Source of the DNA: an uncultured Clostridia bacterium
GTDB lineage: Bacteria > Bacillota > Clostridia > TANB77 > CAG-508
Assembly (NCBI GenBank): GCA_947631785.1
Contig: CANRMR010000003.1
Location: 4,346 to 68,345, forward strand
Length of the DNA: 64,000 nt
Direction: 5' to 3'
Shown here: one piece after another, positions 29,676 through 39,621 of the stretch
How positions within the stretch are numbered: the stretch's first letter is position 1
Layout: the number at the start of each line of letters is the position of its first letter
The notes under the pieces: model-generated
The model's input: only the letters and a program-made list of their open reading frames with translations
Databases searched by the model: none
What the model was told of the DNA's origin: nothing
Program-made: the position numbers and the translations under genes

Positions 29676-30431
29676 TTAAATTTCTAATTCTAGTCCTACT
29701 GGGCAATGGTCACTACCCATTATTTCTGCATATATATTTGCTTCTTTTATTTTATCTTTTAATTTATCAGAAACAATAAAGTAATCTATTCTCCACCCTA
29801 TATTTTTTTCTCTTGCCTTTCCCATGTATGACCACCAAGTATAAGCATCTACTTTTGTAGGATATAAATATCTATATGTATCTACAAAGTTACTGTTTAA
29901 TAATTTAGTCATTTTATTTCTTTCTTCATCTGTAAATCCAGCATTTCTTCTATTTGTTTTTGGATTTTTTAAATCAATTTCTTCATGTGCTACATTTAAA
30001 TCTCCACACAAAATAACTGGTTTTTTAGTATTTAATTTTATAAGATATTTTCTAAATTCATCTTCCCATATCATTCTGTATTCTAATCTTTCTAATTCCC
30101 TTTTAGAATTTGGTGTATAGCAATTTACCATGTAAAAATTTTTGAATTCTAAAGTAATTACCCTACCTTCTTGGTCATGATCATAAATTCCAATTCCATA
30201 AAAAACATTAATTGGCTGTTTTTTTGTATAAATTGCAGTTCCAGAATATCCTTTTTTTTCTGCACTATTTAAATACATGTAATATCCTTGCATATTTATA
30301 TCTGCTTGACCTTCTTGCATTTTAGTTTCTTGCACGCAAAATATATCTGCATCTATTTTATAAAAGAAATCTTCAAATCCTTTTTTTAAAGCAGCTCTTA
30401 ATCCATTTACATTCCACGAAATAAACTTCAT
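29676..30431 (-). CDS. xth: Exodeoxyribonuclease III
   Basis: MKFISWNVNGLRA N-terminus and a GSDHCP C-terminal catalytic motif. Confidence 0.95.
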   Translation of the reverse strand: MKFISWNVNGLRAALKKGFEDFFYKIDADIFCVQETKMQEGQADINMQGYYMYLNSAEKKGYSGTAIYTKKQPINVFYGIGIYDHDQEGRVITLEFKNFYMVNCYTPNSKRELERLEYRMIWEDEFRKYLIKLNTKKPVILCGDLNVAHEEIDLKNPKTNRRNAGFTDEERNKMTKLLNSNFVDTYRYLYPTKVDAYTWWSYMGKAREKNIGWRIDYFIVSDKLKDKIKEANIYAEIMGSDHCPVGLELEI

Positions 30432-30544
30432 TTTTATTTCCTTTCCACTTTGTATTTATTTTAATTATAACATCATTTTTATAAAATCACAAGCAAAAGG
30501 ATATGTATATTAATAAAAACAGCTCAATGAACTGTTTTTTTATT

Positions 30545-31123
30545 TTAATCTTTATAAATAATGTGTATAAGTTTTTTAGATTTTTCTTTTAAAATTTTTT
30601 TATCATTTAAAACTTCTTTAGTAACAGTAAATGGATCCATAAAAGATACAGTTACTTTACTAAAAAAAGCGGGTCTTGGTGTTATATTTATAGGAATTAT
30701 TGGGGTATTTGTTATTGCAGAAATATAAACAGCACCATTTTTTACTTTACGTTTATTTTCTTTGTAATTTTCTTTGAAGATTCCTCCTTCTGGAAATATT
30801 AAAAGTCGTATTTTATCATTTTTATTTATTACATTTATAATATTTTTTACTCCATTTACATCTGCATAATTTCTATTTATAGGAATTACATTATGATATT
30901 TTAAAAAGTGAGCAAGAAATTTATTTTTAAAAGCATCAGATTTTGCAACACTATACATATTATTTATTTTTGGATATAGGAAAATTGGATCAAAAATTCT
31001 TGAATGATTTGGACAAATTATACATTTATCATATTTTTCTAATATATCTAAGTTTTCATACTTTACCCTAAATAGAATATTACATACTAAAATTTTTATA
31101 AACTTTCGCGTTATAGCATACAT
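30545..31123 (-). CDS. 1-acyl-sn-glycerol-3-phosphate acyltransferase family protein
   Basis: NHSRIFD (HX4D) and FPEGG motifs. Confidence 0.8.
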   Translation of the reverse strand: MYAITRKFIKILVCNILFRVKYENLDILEKYDKCIICPNHSRIFDPIFLYPKINNMYSVAKSDAFKNKFLAHFLKYHNVIPINRNYADVNGVKNIINVINKNDKIRLLIFPEGGIFKENYKENKRKVKNGAVYISAITNTPIIPINITPRPAFFSKVTVSFMDPFTVTKEVLNDKKILKEKSKKLIHIIYKD

Positions 31124-31182
31124 ATAATTTTTAACCCTCTCTAAATAATAATGAATAGTTTCTCATATTTTTCATAATAGAA

Positions 31183-31986
31183 TCATATCCGTAATTGTTC
31201 AAAATGTCTAATTTGCTCTATATCACCCACAAATTTGTTGGTGCCTAAATCAATTTCAAGCCATAAATTTGCTAAATCTTTTTCATAATAAAAATGAGAT
31301 CTTCTCATAGACTGAAATGTTTGTGTAAAACCAGTAAATAAATTTATTTTAGATCTTTGTTTAGGATAAAATTTTGTGGTTACTCCTATAACATAATTTG
31401 AAAATTGTTTTAAAGGAGATATTAAAGTATTTGTCATTATTCCTCCGTCTAACATAAAATGATTTATTCCATCGATTTTAACAGTATTTGGTACATATAA
31501 AAGTGGCAAAGATGAACTGCTTCTTATAGCTTCTAGTACTTTTCTATCATAATAACAAGTCATTTTAGTATTTAATTTTTTTGAAGAATAATAAACAATT
31601 TCTCTTGCTGATATGTCTAAGCTTGGAATAATTAGAGTTTTAGAAATATCTGTCATTATATTAATATTATTCTTATTTAAAAATTCTTCAAAATAACTTT
31701 CTATATTTTTAGGTCTGACTGCTCCACCATTAATAATAAGATTAGGAAAAGCAATAATTTTATTTAATAAACTAAATTTTTCAAATTTTAGTATATCTGT
31801 TTCAAAAATATTCATAATTTGTTTTGGTGTATAATTACATGAATATAATAAAGCAATTATAGCACCCATACTAGCACCAGAAATTGCATCAATTTCAATG
31901 TTTAAATCATCAAGCGCCCTTAGTACTCCAATGTTTACACATGCCTTAACTCCACCACCAGTACATGCTAGTGCAACCTTTTTCAT
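31183..31986 (-). CDS. Patatin-like phospholipase
   Basis: CTGGGVKA oxyanion-hole motif and GASMG (GxSxG) nucleophile elbow. Confidence 0.85.
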   Translation of the reverse strand: MKKVALACTGGGVKACVNIGVLRALDDLNIEIDAISGASMGAIIALLYSCNYTPKQIMNIFETDILKFEKFSLLNKIIAFPNLIINGGAVRPKNIESYFEEFLNKNNINIMTDISKTLIIPSLDISAREIVYYSSKKLNTKMTCYYDRKVLEAIRSSSSLPLLYVPNTVKIDGINHFMLDGGIMTNTLISPLKQFSNYVIGVTTKFYPKQRSKINLFTGFTQTFQSMRRSHFYYEKDLANLWLEIDLGTNKFVGDIEQIRHFEQLRI

Positions 31987-32110
31987 TTAGACCTCCCCCT
32001 TGTATATTAAAATTATATCAAAAAAGATGAATTTAAATATTACGATAATATTAAATTTTTATTACATCTTTTTATATAACAAAATTTATACAAGGAAAAT
32101 TAATATTTAC

Positions 32111-32143
32111 AAAAAAAGTTAAGCTTATTTTTATAAGCTTAAC
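32111..32143 (-). terminator. Rho-independent terminator after the 3D-domain gene
   Basis: 11-bp stem GTTAAGCTTAT/ATAAGCTTAAC followed on the minus strand by T7. Confidence 0.75.
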
Positions 32144-32179
32144 TTTAAATAAATTTTATTTCATGTATCTATATAAAAT

Positions 32180-33121
32180 TTAATCTACAACTTCAACTGT
32201 TAAATATTTTACACCCCATGCAAGTGCTTCTGCATGCGAATTCATATAAATATCAATTTTATTTCCTTTAATTGCTCCACCTCTGTCTTCAACTGTGTAA
32301 ATTTTACCATTTATTTTTAGCTTTGTTCCCATTGCAAAACTAGATGGTGCAGCAACAGTATGGTTTGCCTGAGCTTTTGTACCTGATGCTGTAATTCCAT
32401 TTGTTTTTCCACAACATTTTGCACATGAGCAATATGCTGTTACTTTATATACTGCTCCAGCTGTTGCTTTTGTGCCAGATGCAGATGTTCTAGGTGCTAC
32501 TGCTATTCTTGATGCTACCTTTGCATTTTGTACTTGTACTATTTTATCAACTGGTTCCTTAACAATTTTTTCTTCTATAATTTTTCTTTCTAATTCTTTT
32601 TCATTTTGATATTTTATTTTATATTTTACTTCTTTTAGACCATCTTTCCCTTCTTGCAATATTCTTTCCTTTGTTTCATCAGACTGATTTGATATGTCTT
32701 TTGTAACAGTTTCATAAGGAATTACAACTTGTTCTACAACTATTTTTTCTACAATTGGAGCATATTTTTCAAGCATATCTTCCACTGTTACTTTTTCTGT
32801 TTGTTCTGTAGATGCTACAGCTTCAGCTCCCACTAGATTATCTTTTGTAATTCTAATTTCATCATTTTTTTCGATTTGTGAATCTAATGTAGGGAATACT
32901 TTTTCTTCTGGTAATACTACTATATGATTTTCTTCTAATATTTCAGAAACTTTTTTCTTTGTTGTAATAACATTTAATTCATAGCTATCGGAAAGAACAA
33001 TTTTCACATTATGCACTTGACTTCCTAAAGACACTCTTCCTATAGTGCAAAGCACTATTAGAAGTAAAGTAATAATTGCAATTTTTGCAAGTGATGATGA
33101 AGCATGTTTCTTTTTCTTCAT
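32180..33121 (-). CDS. YabE-like cell-wall protein (DUF348 + G5 + 3D domains)
   Basis: N-terminal TM helix. G5-like ILQEGKDGLKEVKYKIKYQNEKE. C-terminal 3D domain (VTAYCSCAKCCGK...VEDRGGAIKGNKIDIY). Confidence 0.75.
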   Translation of the reverse strand: MKKKKHASSSLAKIAIITLLLIVLCTIGRVSLGSQVHNVKIVLSDSYELNVITTKKKVSEILEENHIVVLPEEKVFPTLDSQIEKNDEIRITKDNLVGAEAVASTEQTEKVTVEDMLEKYAPIVEKIVVEQVVIPYETVTKDISNQSDETKERILQEGKDGLKEVKYKIKYQNEKELERKIIEEKIVKEPVDKIVQVQNAKVASRIAVAPRTSASGTKATAGAVYKVTAYCSCAKCCGKTNGITASGTKAQANHTVAAPSSFAMGTKLKINGKIYTVEDRGGAIKGNKIDIYMNSHAEALAWGVKYLTVEVVD

Positions 33122-33367
33122 ATTTTTTTATCCCTCCTTAAAGGTATGTTGTTATTATATTATTTATCTTTAAATATGTCAAATTACGCAACATAATATT
33201 TGTCTCATAATCCTTATAAACTCTTACCTTTAAAAATTTATTATTTTTATTAATTTTTTTGTCCCTACTAAATTATATTCTCTTGTCCAAAAAAATATTA
33301 CAACTTGTATTTTTTTATTATTTGTGTTATTATAGTTTTAATTTAATTTATAAGGAGGATTTAATAT

Positions 33368-33925
33368 ATGTGGATTTGGATTATATTAGGTATTATTGTT
33401 TTAATTTTACTTTGGATTGTAGGAGTTTATAATGGCTTAGTAAAATCTAGAATGAAAGTTAAAAATGCTTGGAGTCAAATTGATGTTCAATTACAAAGAA
33501 GATTTGATTTAATTCCAAACTTAGTTGAAACAGTAAAAGGTTATATGAAACATGAAGAAAGTACTTTAACAAAAGTTACAGAGCTTAGAAGTTCTTGGGC
33601 AAATGCAACAGGTGTAAAAGAAAAAGCTGAATTAGACAATGCATTATCTGGCGCATTAAAAACAATTATGGCAGTTTCAGAAAATTATCCAGAATTAAAA
33701 GCAAATGAAAACTTTTTAAAACTACAAGATGAACTAAATAACACAGAAAACAAATTATCATTTTCAAGACAATTTTATAATGATACAGCTACAATGTATA
33801 ATACTAAATTAGAAGTTGTACCTTCTAATATTATAGCATCAATATTCCATTTTACAGCAGAAGAACTATTTAAAGTAGATTCTGAAGAAGCTAGAAAAAA
33901 TGTAAAAGTAGATTTTGGTAATTAG
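33368..33925 (+). CDS. lemA: LemA family protein
   Basis: N-terminal TM helix followed by [36 protein letters not shown], the typical LemA core. Confidence 0.9.
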   Translation: MWIWIILGIIVLILLWIVGVYNGLVKSRMKVKNAWSQIDVQLQRRFDLIPNLVETVKGYMKHEESTLTKVTELRSSWANATGVKEKAELDNALSGALKTIMAVSENYPELKANENFLKLQDELNNTENKLSFSRQFYNDTATMYNTKLEVVPSNIIASIFHFTAEELFKVDSEEARKNVKVDFGN

Positions 33926-33985
33926 ATTTTAGAAATTAAAAAGTAAAATTAAATTTTTAAAATCATTAATCATAACTATAACTAT

Positions 33986-34188
33986 AATAAAGCTAGGTAT
34001 ATATAAATTAAAAAATTGTAAACGAGGAATCGAACGAAATTTAAGCTTAGAAATTCTTAGAAAAATTTTTTAGGGAATCTCACACACTGGTGAGGGCGCT
34101 GAAAAATTTTTCTTAGAATTTATGCGAAAATTTTCGTAAGCGACGAAGTTTATCAATATTTTTTAATTTATATATACTTAGCTTTATT
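33986..34188. repeat. 203-bp imperfect palindrome I (between convergent lemA and tatD)
   Basis: Outer arms AATAAAGCTAGGTATATATAAATTAAAAAATT / ...TTTTTTAATTTATATATACTTAGCTTTATT pair almost perfectly. Inner arms CGAGGAATCGAACG vs CGTAAGCGACGAAG are purine-opposed. Apex CTCAC-ACACTG-GTGAG. Confidence 0.8.
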
Positions 34189-34256
34189 TTTAAATACTTA
34201 ATTAAATAATTAACTAAAATAAGTAATTAAAAAAATTATTTATTAAATTAATCTTT

Positions 34257-35030
34257 TTAATCACTTATTTCAAATATTTTTTTTGCATTTTCGTAAGTTA
34301 CTTTAGCAATTTCTTCTAAAGAAACCTCTTTAACATTTGCAATTTTTTGAGCTATAAATTTCACATTTCTTGAATCATTTCTTGTTCCTCTATGTGGTTC
34401 TGGTGAAAGATAAGGACTGTCTGTTTCGATTAATAATTTATCTAATGGAACTAAATTTATTACTTCATCTGCATGTTTTGCATTTTTAAATGTAATTGCT
34501 CCTGCAAAAGAAATATAATACCCTAATTCTAATGCATTTTTTATTAAGTATTCATTTTGCATACAACAATGAAAAATTCCTTTTTTATTTACATTGTTTT
34601 GTTTTAAAATATCAATAGTATCTTCAATTGCATCTCTTGAATGTATAACAATAGGTAAATTTAAATTATTTGCTACATTTATTTGTTTTACAAAATATTC
34701 TTTTTGCAAATCTTTATTATCTTTATTCCAATAATAATCTAAACCTATTTCTCCTATTGCAACTACCTTTTCATCTTTTGAAATTTCATTTAAAATTTTA
34801 ATTTGACAATCTACATCTTCTTTTTCTACATCATTTGGAGATATTCCACAAGTTGCATATATGAAAGGATATTTATTTGCAATTTCAATTGCATTTTTTG
34901 AAGCTTCTATATTATATCCTGCTGTTACAATTTTAGTTATTCCATCTTCATAAATTTTTTTAATTATTTCATCTTTGTCATTATCGAATTTTTCATCATT
35001 ATAATGTGCATGTGAATCAAAAAATTGCAT
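34257..35030 (-). CDS. tatD: TatD-family metal-dependent DNase/hydrolase
   Basis: MQFFDSHAHYND N-terminus, with conserved His/Asp/Glu pattern (GEIGLDY, IHSRDA). Confidence 0.92.
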   Translation of the reverse strand: MQFFDSHAHYNDEKFDNDKDEIIKKIYEDGITKIVTAGYNIEASKNAIEIANKYPFIYATCGISPNDVEKEDVDCQIKILNEISKDEKVVAIGEIGLDYYWNKDNKDLQKEYFVKQINVANNLNLPIVIHSRDAIEDTIDILKQNNVNKKGIFHCCMQNEYLIKNALELGYYISFAGAITFKNAKHADEVINLVPLDKLLIETDSPYLSPEPHRGTRNDSRNVKFIAQKIANVKEVSLEEIAKVTYENAKKIFEISD

Positions 35031-35080
35031 TATACTTTTTCTCCTTTAAATTTTTAAACTAATTTTAATGAACATTTTTA

Positions 35081-35225
35081 AATAGTAAAATATAATAAAT
35101 TTGATTATTTTTGCGAGGTGCTTTGTGGGGACCGCCGAATGCTGTTAAACGCGAGTTTAGCGTTGTTACAGCATCGGTGGGGAAGCCTCGAGTAAAAATA
35201 TAAAAATTTATTATATTTTACTATT
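35081..35225. repeat. 145-bp imperfect palindrome J (acpS-tatD spacer)
   Basis: Outer arms AATAGTAAAATATAATAAATTT / AAATTTATTATATTTTACTATT. CGAGG/CCTCG clamp. GTGGGGA occurs in both arms in direct orientation (35125 and 35177). Inner stem CCGAATGCTGT/ACAGCATCGG. Confidence 0.8.
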
Positions 35226-35273
35226 AATTATTAACTACTTATTTGATTACTATATTTTACATTAAAAGTACAA

Positions 35274-35648
35274 TTAATCTGCAACTATAATAGCTGTTGC
35301 TGTTGCATATTTTTCTAAATGAGATAAACTAATATCCATATTAGAAATTTCTTTTATTTCTATATTAACTAAATTAACATATGGTCTACCGTTTACATCT
35401 TTTAATATTTCAATACTAGTCCATGATAAATCAGATTTATTCTTTAATAAACTAGATAGTGCTTTGTATATGGCTTCTTTTGCTGCAAATCTTGCAGCAT
35501 AGTGTTGGTACTTCATATTTTTTCTTTGCTCGCAATAATTAATTTCATTTTCTGTATATATTCTTTTTAAAAATCTTTCCCCTAGGTGCTCTATACTATT
35601 TTTAATTCTATCTACTTCTATTATATCTGTTCCACAATAAACTCTCAT
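35274..35648 (-). CDS. acpS: Holo-[acyl-carrier-protein] synthase
   Basis: GTDIIEVDRI N-terminal motif; 124 aa. Confidence 0.9.
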   Translation of the reverse strand: MRVYCGTDIIEVDRIKNSIEHLGERFLKRIYTENEINYCEQRKNMKYQHYAARFAAKEAIYKALSSLLKNKSDLSWTSIEILKDVNGRPYVNLVNIEIKEISNMDISLSHLEKYATATAIIVAD

Positions 35649-35667
35649 TTTATATTTTATCCTCTTT

Positions 35668-36903
35668 TTATTTAAGCAGTAATATTCCTACTAAATTAAT
35701 AATATTGCATATCAGTGATATTACAAATAATACAAAAATGCACTTATTAATTTTACTATTTCTTTCAATTTTTAACCCTTTGTACATAATGTCATATTTA
35801 TTTTTTACTTCTTGATATATTTTATCAATTCCTAATTGTTCACTTAATTTTTTATTTATTTCTAATCCAATATCATCATTTGTAATTTCATGTATCCAAA
35901 TATTTTGTGTAAATTTTACAAATTCATCTCTTGATTTTTTATTATTTTCTATTTTATCTAATAATTTTGAAATTTTATTTAAATATATCTTTTTATGTAA
36001 AATCCATATATATAAATAAAAATACTCATTTTCATAAATAAATGGTAACTTTGTATAATTGTCATTTTCAAATGCTGAACTAAATAATGTTATGCCTGTC
36101 TTAGTTATTCCCATTCTTGCGAATTTCCATTTATCAATTATATTTTCATAATTTTGCTTTAGGTTTATATTACTATTACTTTTTTGTAAATACATATATT
36201 TCAAAAATTCATTGTGCAAGTTATCAAATGTATTATCTTGATCCCAATATTCTTGCTCAATACATGTATAAGCATAAGTGTAAAATGTGTCTGTATCTAA
36301 ATTAACCTTCTTTGAATTTTTTCGATTTGGTATTAACTGTCTCATTAAATTATTCAAATTAATAACCTCTGAAAAATCACTTGTTTGCAAGCGAATATTT
36401 TCATAATTCTTTAATTTTTTTAATTCTGATTCACTATCTTTAAATTTATAGTTAAAATTCAAAACATCTGAAAAATGTGTGCTATCTTCTACATTTGTTT
36501 TTAAGCAGAAAAAACATATCCCTGTATTAAAACAAATAATTTCTATTTTTTGTACTTTAAAGAATATACCATTTTCTTCTCCTTCTTTTGCTTGTACATC
36601 TTTTCCTAATTGATATTCAAATGTCACACATGGATACTTAGAAAGTATTCGTGCTTGCATTTTATCGCTAAATTCTTTAAATTTTTTTATTTTTTCTTTT
36701 GTAAACTCAAAGTTTCTAAATAAATATTCTCGTACTTTAGGTAAAAAGAAATGATACATATTATAATCTTTTTCTTTTTCAAAATATTTTAAATAACATT
36801 TTTTGTTTTTTAGCAAACCTAATAAATATCTTTCGTATTTTTCTTCTTCTATCATATATGGGTATATAAAGTATGTATATTGATACTTCGTCTTAAGTTC
36901 CAT
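35668..36903 (-). CDS. Hypothetical 411-aa protein with a single C-terminal TM helix
   Basis: Long ORF with no family I recognise. The C-terminus CIFVLFVISLICNIINLVGILLL is hydrophobic. Confidence 0.5.
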   Translation of the reverse strand: MELKTKYQYTYFIYPYMIEEEKYERYLLGLLKNKKCYLKYFEKEKDYNMYHFFLPKVREYLFRNFEFTKEKIKKFKEFSDKMQARILSKYPCVTFEYQLGKDVQAKEGEENGIFFKVQKIEIICFNTGICFFCLKTNVEDSTHFSDVLNFNYKFKDSESELKKLKNYENIRLQTSDFSEVINLNNLMRQLIPNRKNSKKVNLDTDTFYTYAYTCIEQEYWDQDNTFDNLHNEFLKYMYLQKSNSNINLKQNYENIIDKWKFARMGITKTGITLFSSAFENDNYTKLPFIYENEYFYLYIWILHKKIYLNKISKLLDKIENNKKSRDEFVKFTQNIWIHEITNDDIGLEINKKLSEQLGIDKIYQEVKNKYDIMYKGLKIERNSKINKCIFVLFVISLICNIINLVGILLLK

Positions 36904-36932
36904 TTTTATCTCCTTTGTTTTGTAATATTTTT

Positions 36933-38456
36933 TTATAAATCAGTATAATAATTTGCATTTAGGTCTTCTGCTATATGCCATTTATCTATAAAATCAATTT
37001 TTAAATTATTTTCTAAGGTATATTTTGGCTCTTGTTTTACTTTTCCTTCTCCGTCTATACTTCCCCATTTACCATCTTTTTTTACACTTGCAAAACCATA
37101 ACTATTTTGCTCTGTTGCGTCATCATATATATAATCTACTTTAACATTTCCGTCTTTATCAACATATCCATATTTTCCATTTTTTTTGCTTAAAAATAGA
37201 TTATTTGTTGTTAAAAATTCTTTAGCTTCTTTTTCTTCGAATTTTAAATTATAGTAATGATATTCTCCATTTTCTCTTAATCTAATATACCCTTTTGTTT
37301 CATCACATTCTGTTATTATTCCAGTCTTTTTTAATTCTAAATTTTCATTATAAATTTCAGTTTCTATATTATCTTCTTTTTCAGCTTCTATTATCTTTGC
37401 TGTTTTTCTATATGTAATTGAAGTATATTCAAATGGCAAGCCTTGCTTTTCTTGTACAGTTGAAATAATACCATACTTTCCATTTTGTTTTGCTATATAA
37501 TAATCATCTGAAATGTACTTTATCTCATCGTAATTTGCTTTAATAATTTCATCTTTTTGTAAATTAATTACACCAAATTTTCCATTTTTTTGTATAATTA
37601 ATTTATCTCCATTTATCTGTTCTATTGTGTCAAAGCCATCTGCTAACAGTACATTTTCATCTTTATCTATTATTTTATAACTTCCTTCTTGTTTTACTAC
37701 ATATTTTCCATTTCCATATACAGGTAGTATATCTTGATATTTTGGTTGTAATATTATACTTTTATTAATGTCTATTACACCAAATTTATTATCCTGATCT
37801 ACCACAATGTATCCATTTTTATAATCTTCTGCTATAGCAATTATTGACTTATAATTTGGATCTATTATGATGCTACCTTCGCTATTACATAAACCTACTT
37901 TTCCCTCGTTTTGGATTAATAAACTATTGCTAATTTCCTTTATTGCTTCTATTTTGTCATATTTACAAGCTAATAGTTCTTTTCCGTTTAAATCTATTAA
38001 ACCATACTTATTATCTTTTTTTACCTTTAGTACATTTTCTTCATACCATAAGTTTTGATTTTTATCATGATTATAAATTGGTTCTACTAAATCATAATCT
38101 AAAAATATTTCTTTATTTTTTGAATCTAATACTTTAGTTTTATACTCTCCTGTTTCATAATTTACATCATAAGTGCAAATAAATACATCTTCTGTTTTAT
38201 TTGGAATTAAAATCATTTCATCATAAGTTGCCTCAATTGTCATTTTTCCTAATGAATTGATTACTCCCCATTTTCCATTTGTGTATACAGGGAAATAATT
38301 TAATGCAGAAATTTTTCCTGTATTTGTCTCTTCTTTTGTCATTAATGTTTTTATTGTATATGCTACCATTATAATAACTGCTATTAGTATTATTACTGCT
38401 ATTACTTTTTTAATGTTTAATTTTGGCTCGTTATCATATCTTTTCCCTTTACTCAT
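36933..38456 (-). CDS. WG-repeat (KWG-like) protein with N-terminal membrane anchor
   Basis: About 10 repeats of the form NGK(W/Y/F)G(V/L/I)I(D/N)..G...I...YD.I; N-terminal TM helix. Confidence 0.7.
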   Translation of the reverse strand: MSKGKRYDNEPKLNIKKVIAVIILIAVIIMVAYTIKTLMTKEETNTGKISALNYFPVYTNGKWGVINSLGKMTIEATYDEMILIPNKTEDVFICTYDVNYETGEYKTKVLDSKNKEIFLDYDLVEPIYNHDKNQNLWYEENVLKVKKDNKYGLIDLNGKELLACKYDKIEAIKEISNSLLIQNEGKVGLCNSEGSIIIDPNYKSIIAIAEDYKNGYIVVDQDNKFGVIDINKSIILQPKYQDILPVYGNGKYVVKQEGSYKIIDKDENVLLADGFDTIEQINGDKLIIQKNGKFGVINLQKDEIIKANYDEIKYISDDYYIAKQNGKYGIISTVQEKQGLPFEYTSITYRKTAKIIEAEKEDNIETEIYNENLELKKTGIITECDETKGYIRLRENGEYHYYNLKFEEKEAKEFLTTNNLFLSKKNGKYGYVDKDGNVKVDYIYDDATEQNSYGFASVKKDGKWGSIDGEGKVKQEPKYTLENNLKIDFIDKWHIAEDLNANYYTDL

Positions 38457-38642
38457 ACATTACCTCCAAAGTATTTTTCTTATATTACTATATCACAAAA
38501 GCTAGTATAAATACAAGCTTTTTAGTAGATTTTATGTTTTTAGAATTAATTAAATAATATTTTCATTTTTTTAAAATTTATAAACAGCTATTTTTGTTTA
38601 TATATAGGCAATTTTAGCCATTTATATCTTCAAAGAATTTGC

Positions 38643-38671
38643 TTGACATATTGTTATTTTAAATATATACT
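38643..38671 (+). promoter_or_regulatory. Candidate sigma-A promoter of the oxidoreductase operon
   Basis: TTGACA (38643..38648), 17 nt, TATACT (38666..38671), about 30 nt upstream of AAGGAGG-ATG. Confidence 0.55.
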
Positions 38672-38703
38672 TGAAATATATTATAATAATATAAGGAGGT
38701 AAC

Positions 38704-39285
38704 ATGAACGATTTAATTGAAATAAGATGGCATGGTAGAGGCGGTCAAGGTGCAAAAACAGCTTCACTTTTACTTGCCGATGCTGCATTTAACACTGGAA
38801 AGTATATTCAAGGTTTTCCCGAATATGGTCCAGAAAGAATGGGGGCACCAATTACTGCTTATAACAGAATTAGTAATACACCAATTACTGTTCACAGCAA
38901 TATTTACGAGCCTGATTACGTTGTAGTAGTTGATGATACTTTATTAGAATCTGTTGACGTTACAGCAGGATTAAAAGATACTGGTGCAATTATTATTAAT
39001 ACAACTCAAGATAAAGATTATTTGAAAACTAAACTAAAAAACTATAAAGGAAATATTTTTACCATTGATGCAAGAAAAATTTCTATAGAAGCATTAGGCA
39101 AATATTTTCCTAATACTCCTATGCTTGCCGCTATTGTAAAGGTAAGTGGTATAATGACAGATGAAGAATTTTTAGAAGACATGAAAGGTTCTTTTAAACA
39201 TAAATTTGCAAAAAAACCTGAAGTAATTGAAGGTAACATGAAAGCATTAGAACTTGCTTTGCAAAATATTAACAAAATTGATTAA
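38704..39285 (+). CDS. 2-oxoacid (pyruvate-type):ferredoxin oxidoreductase, gamma subunit
   Basis: IRWHGRGGQGAKTAS N-terminal motif; first gene of a gamma-delta-alpha-beta operon. Confidence 0.9.
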   Translation: MNDLIEIRWHGRGGQGAKTASLLLADAAFNTGKYIQGFPEYGPERMGAPITAYNRISNTPITVHSNIYEPDYVVVVDDTLLESVDVTAGLKDTGAIIINTTQDKDYLKTKLKNYKGNIFTIDARKISIEALGKYFPNTPMLAAIVKVSGIMTDEEFLEDMKGSFKHKFAKKPEVIEGNMKALELALQNINKID

Positions 39286-39329
39286 TATGTAAAGGCTTAT
39301 TTTTACAAGCCTGGGAAGGATGGTTAAAT

Positions 39330-39620
39330 ATGATTGATTCGAATACACCAGCTGAAAAACTAACTATAGGCGGAAATATTTATGATGCTGGAAATGCAAG
39401 AAATTTTACTACTGGTGATTGGCGCTCTATTAAGCCAATATATCTATCAGACAATTGCAAACAATGTGGACTTTGTTTTGCCGTTTGTCCAGATGATGCA
39501 ATACCAGTAAATAAAGAACAAAAAAGAGAAGATTTTAATTATAACTATTGTAAAGGATGTGGAGTTTGTGCAAAGGTATGTCCTTTTAAAGCAATAGTAA
39601 TGAAAGAGGAAGGTGAATAA
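39330..39620 (+). CDS. 2-oxoacid:ferredoxin oxidoreductase, delta (2x[4Fe-4S]) subunit
   Basis: CKQCGLCFAVCP and CKGCGVCAKVCP cluster motifs. Confidence 0.9.
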   Translation: MIDSNTPAEKLTIGGNIYDAGNARNFTTGDWRSIKPIYLSDNCKQCGLCFAVCPDDAIPVNKEQKREDFNYNYCKGCGVCAKVCPFKAIVMKEEGE

Positions 39621-39621
39621 A

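Noticed and set aside
35125-35183. G-quadruplex formation by the GTGGGGA words in palindrome J.
   Set aside because: There are only two G4 runs, and they face each other in a hairpin. That is not enough G-tracts for an intramolecular quadruplex.
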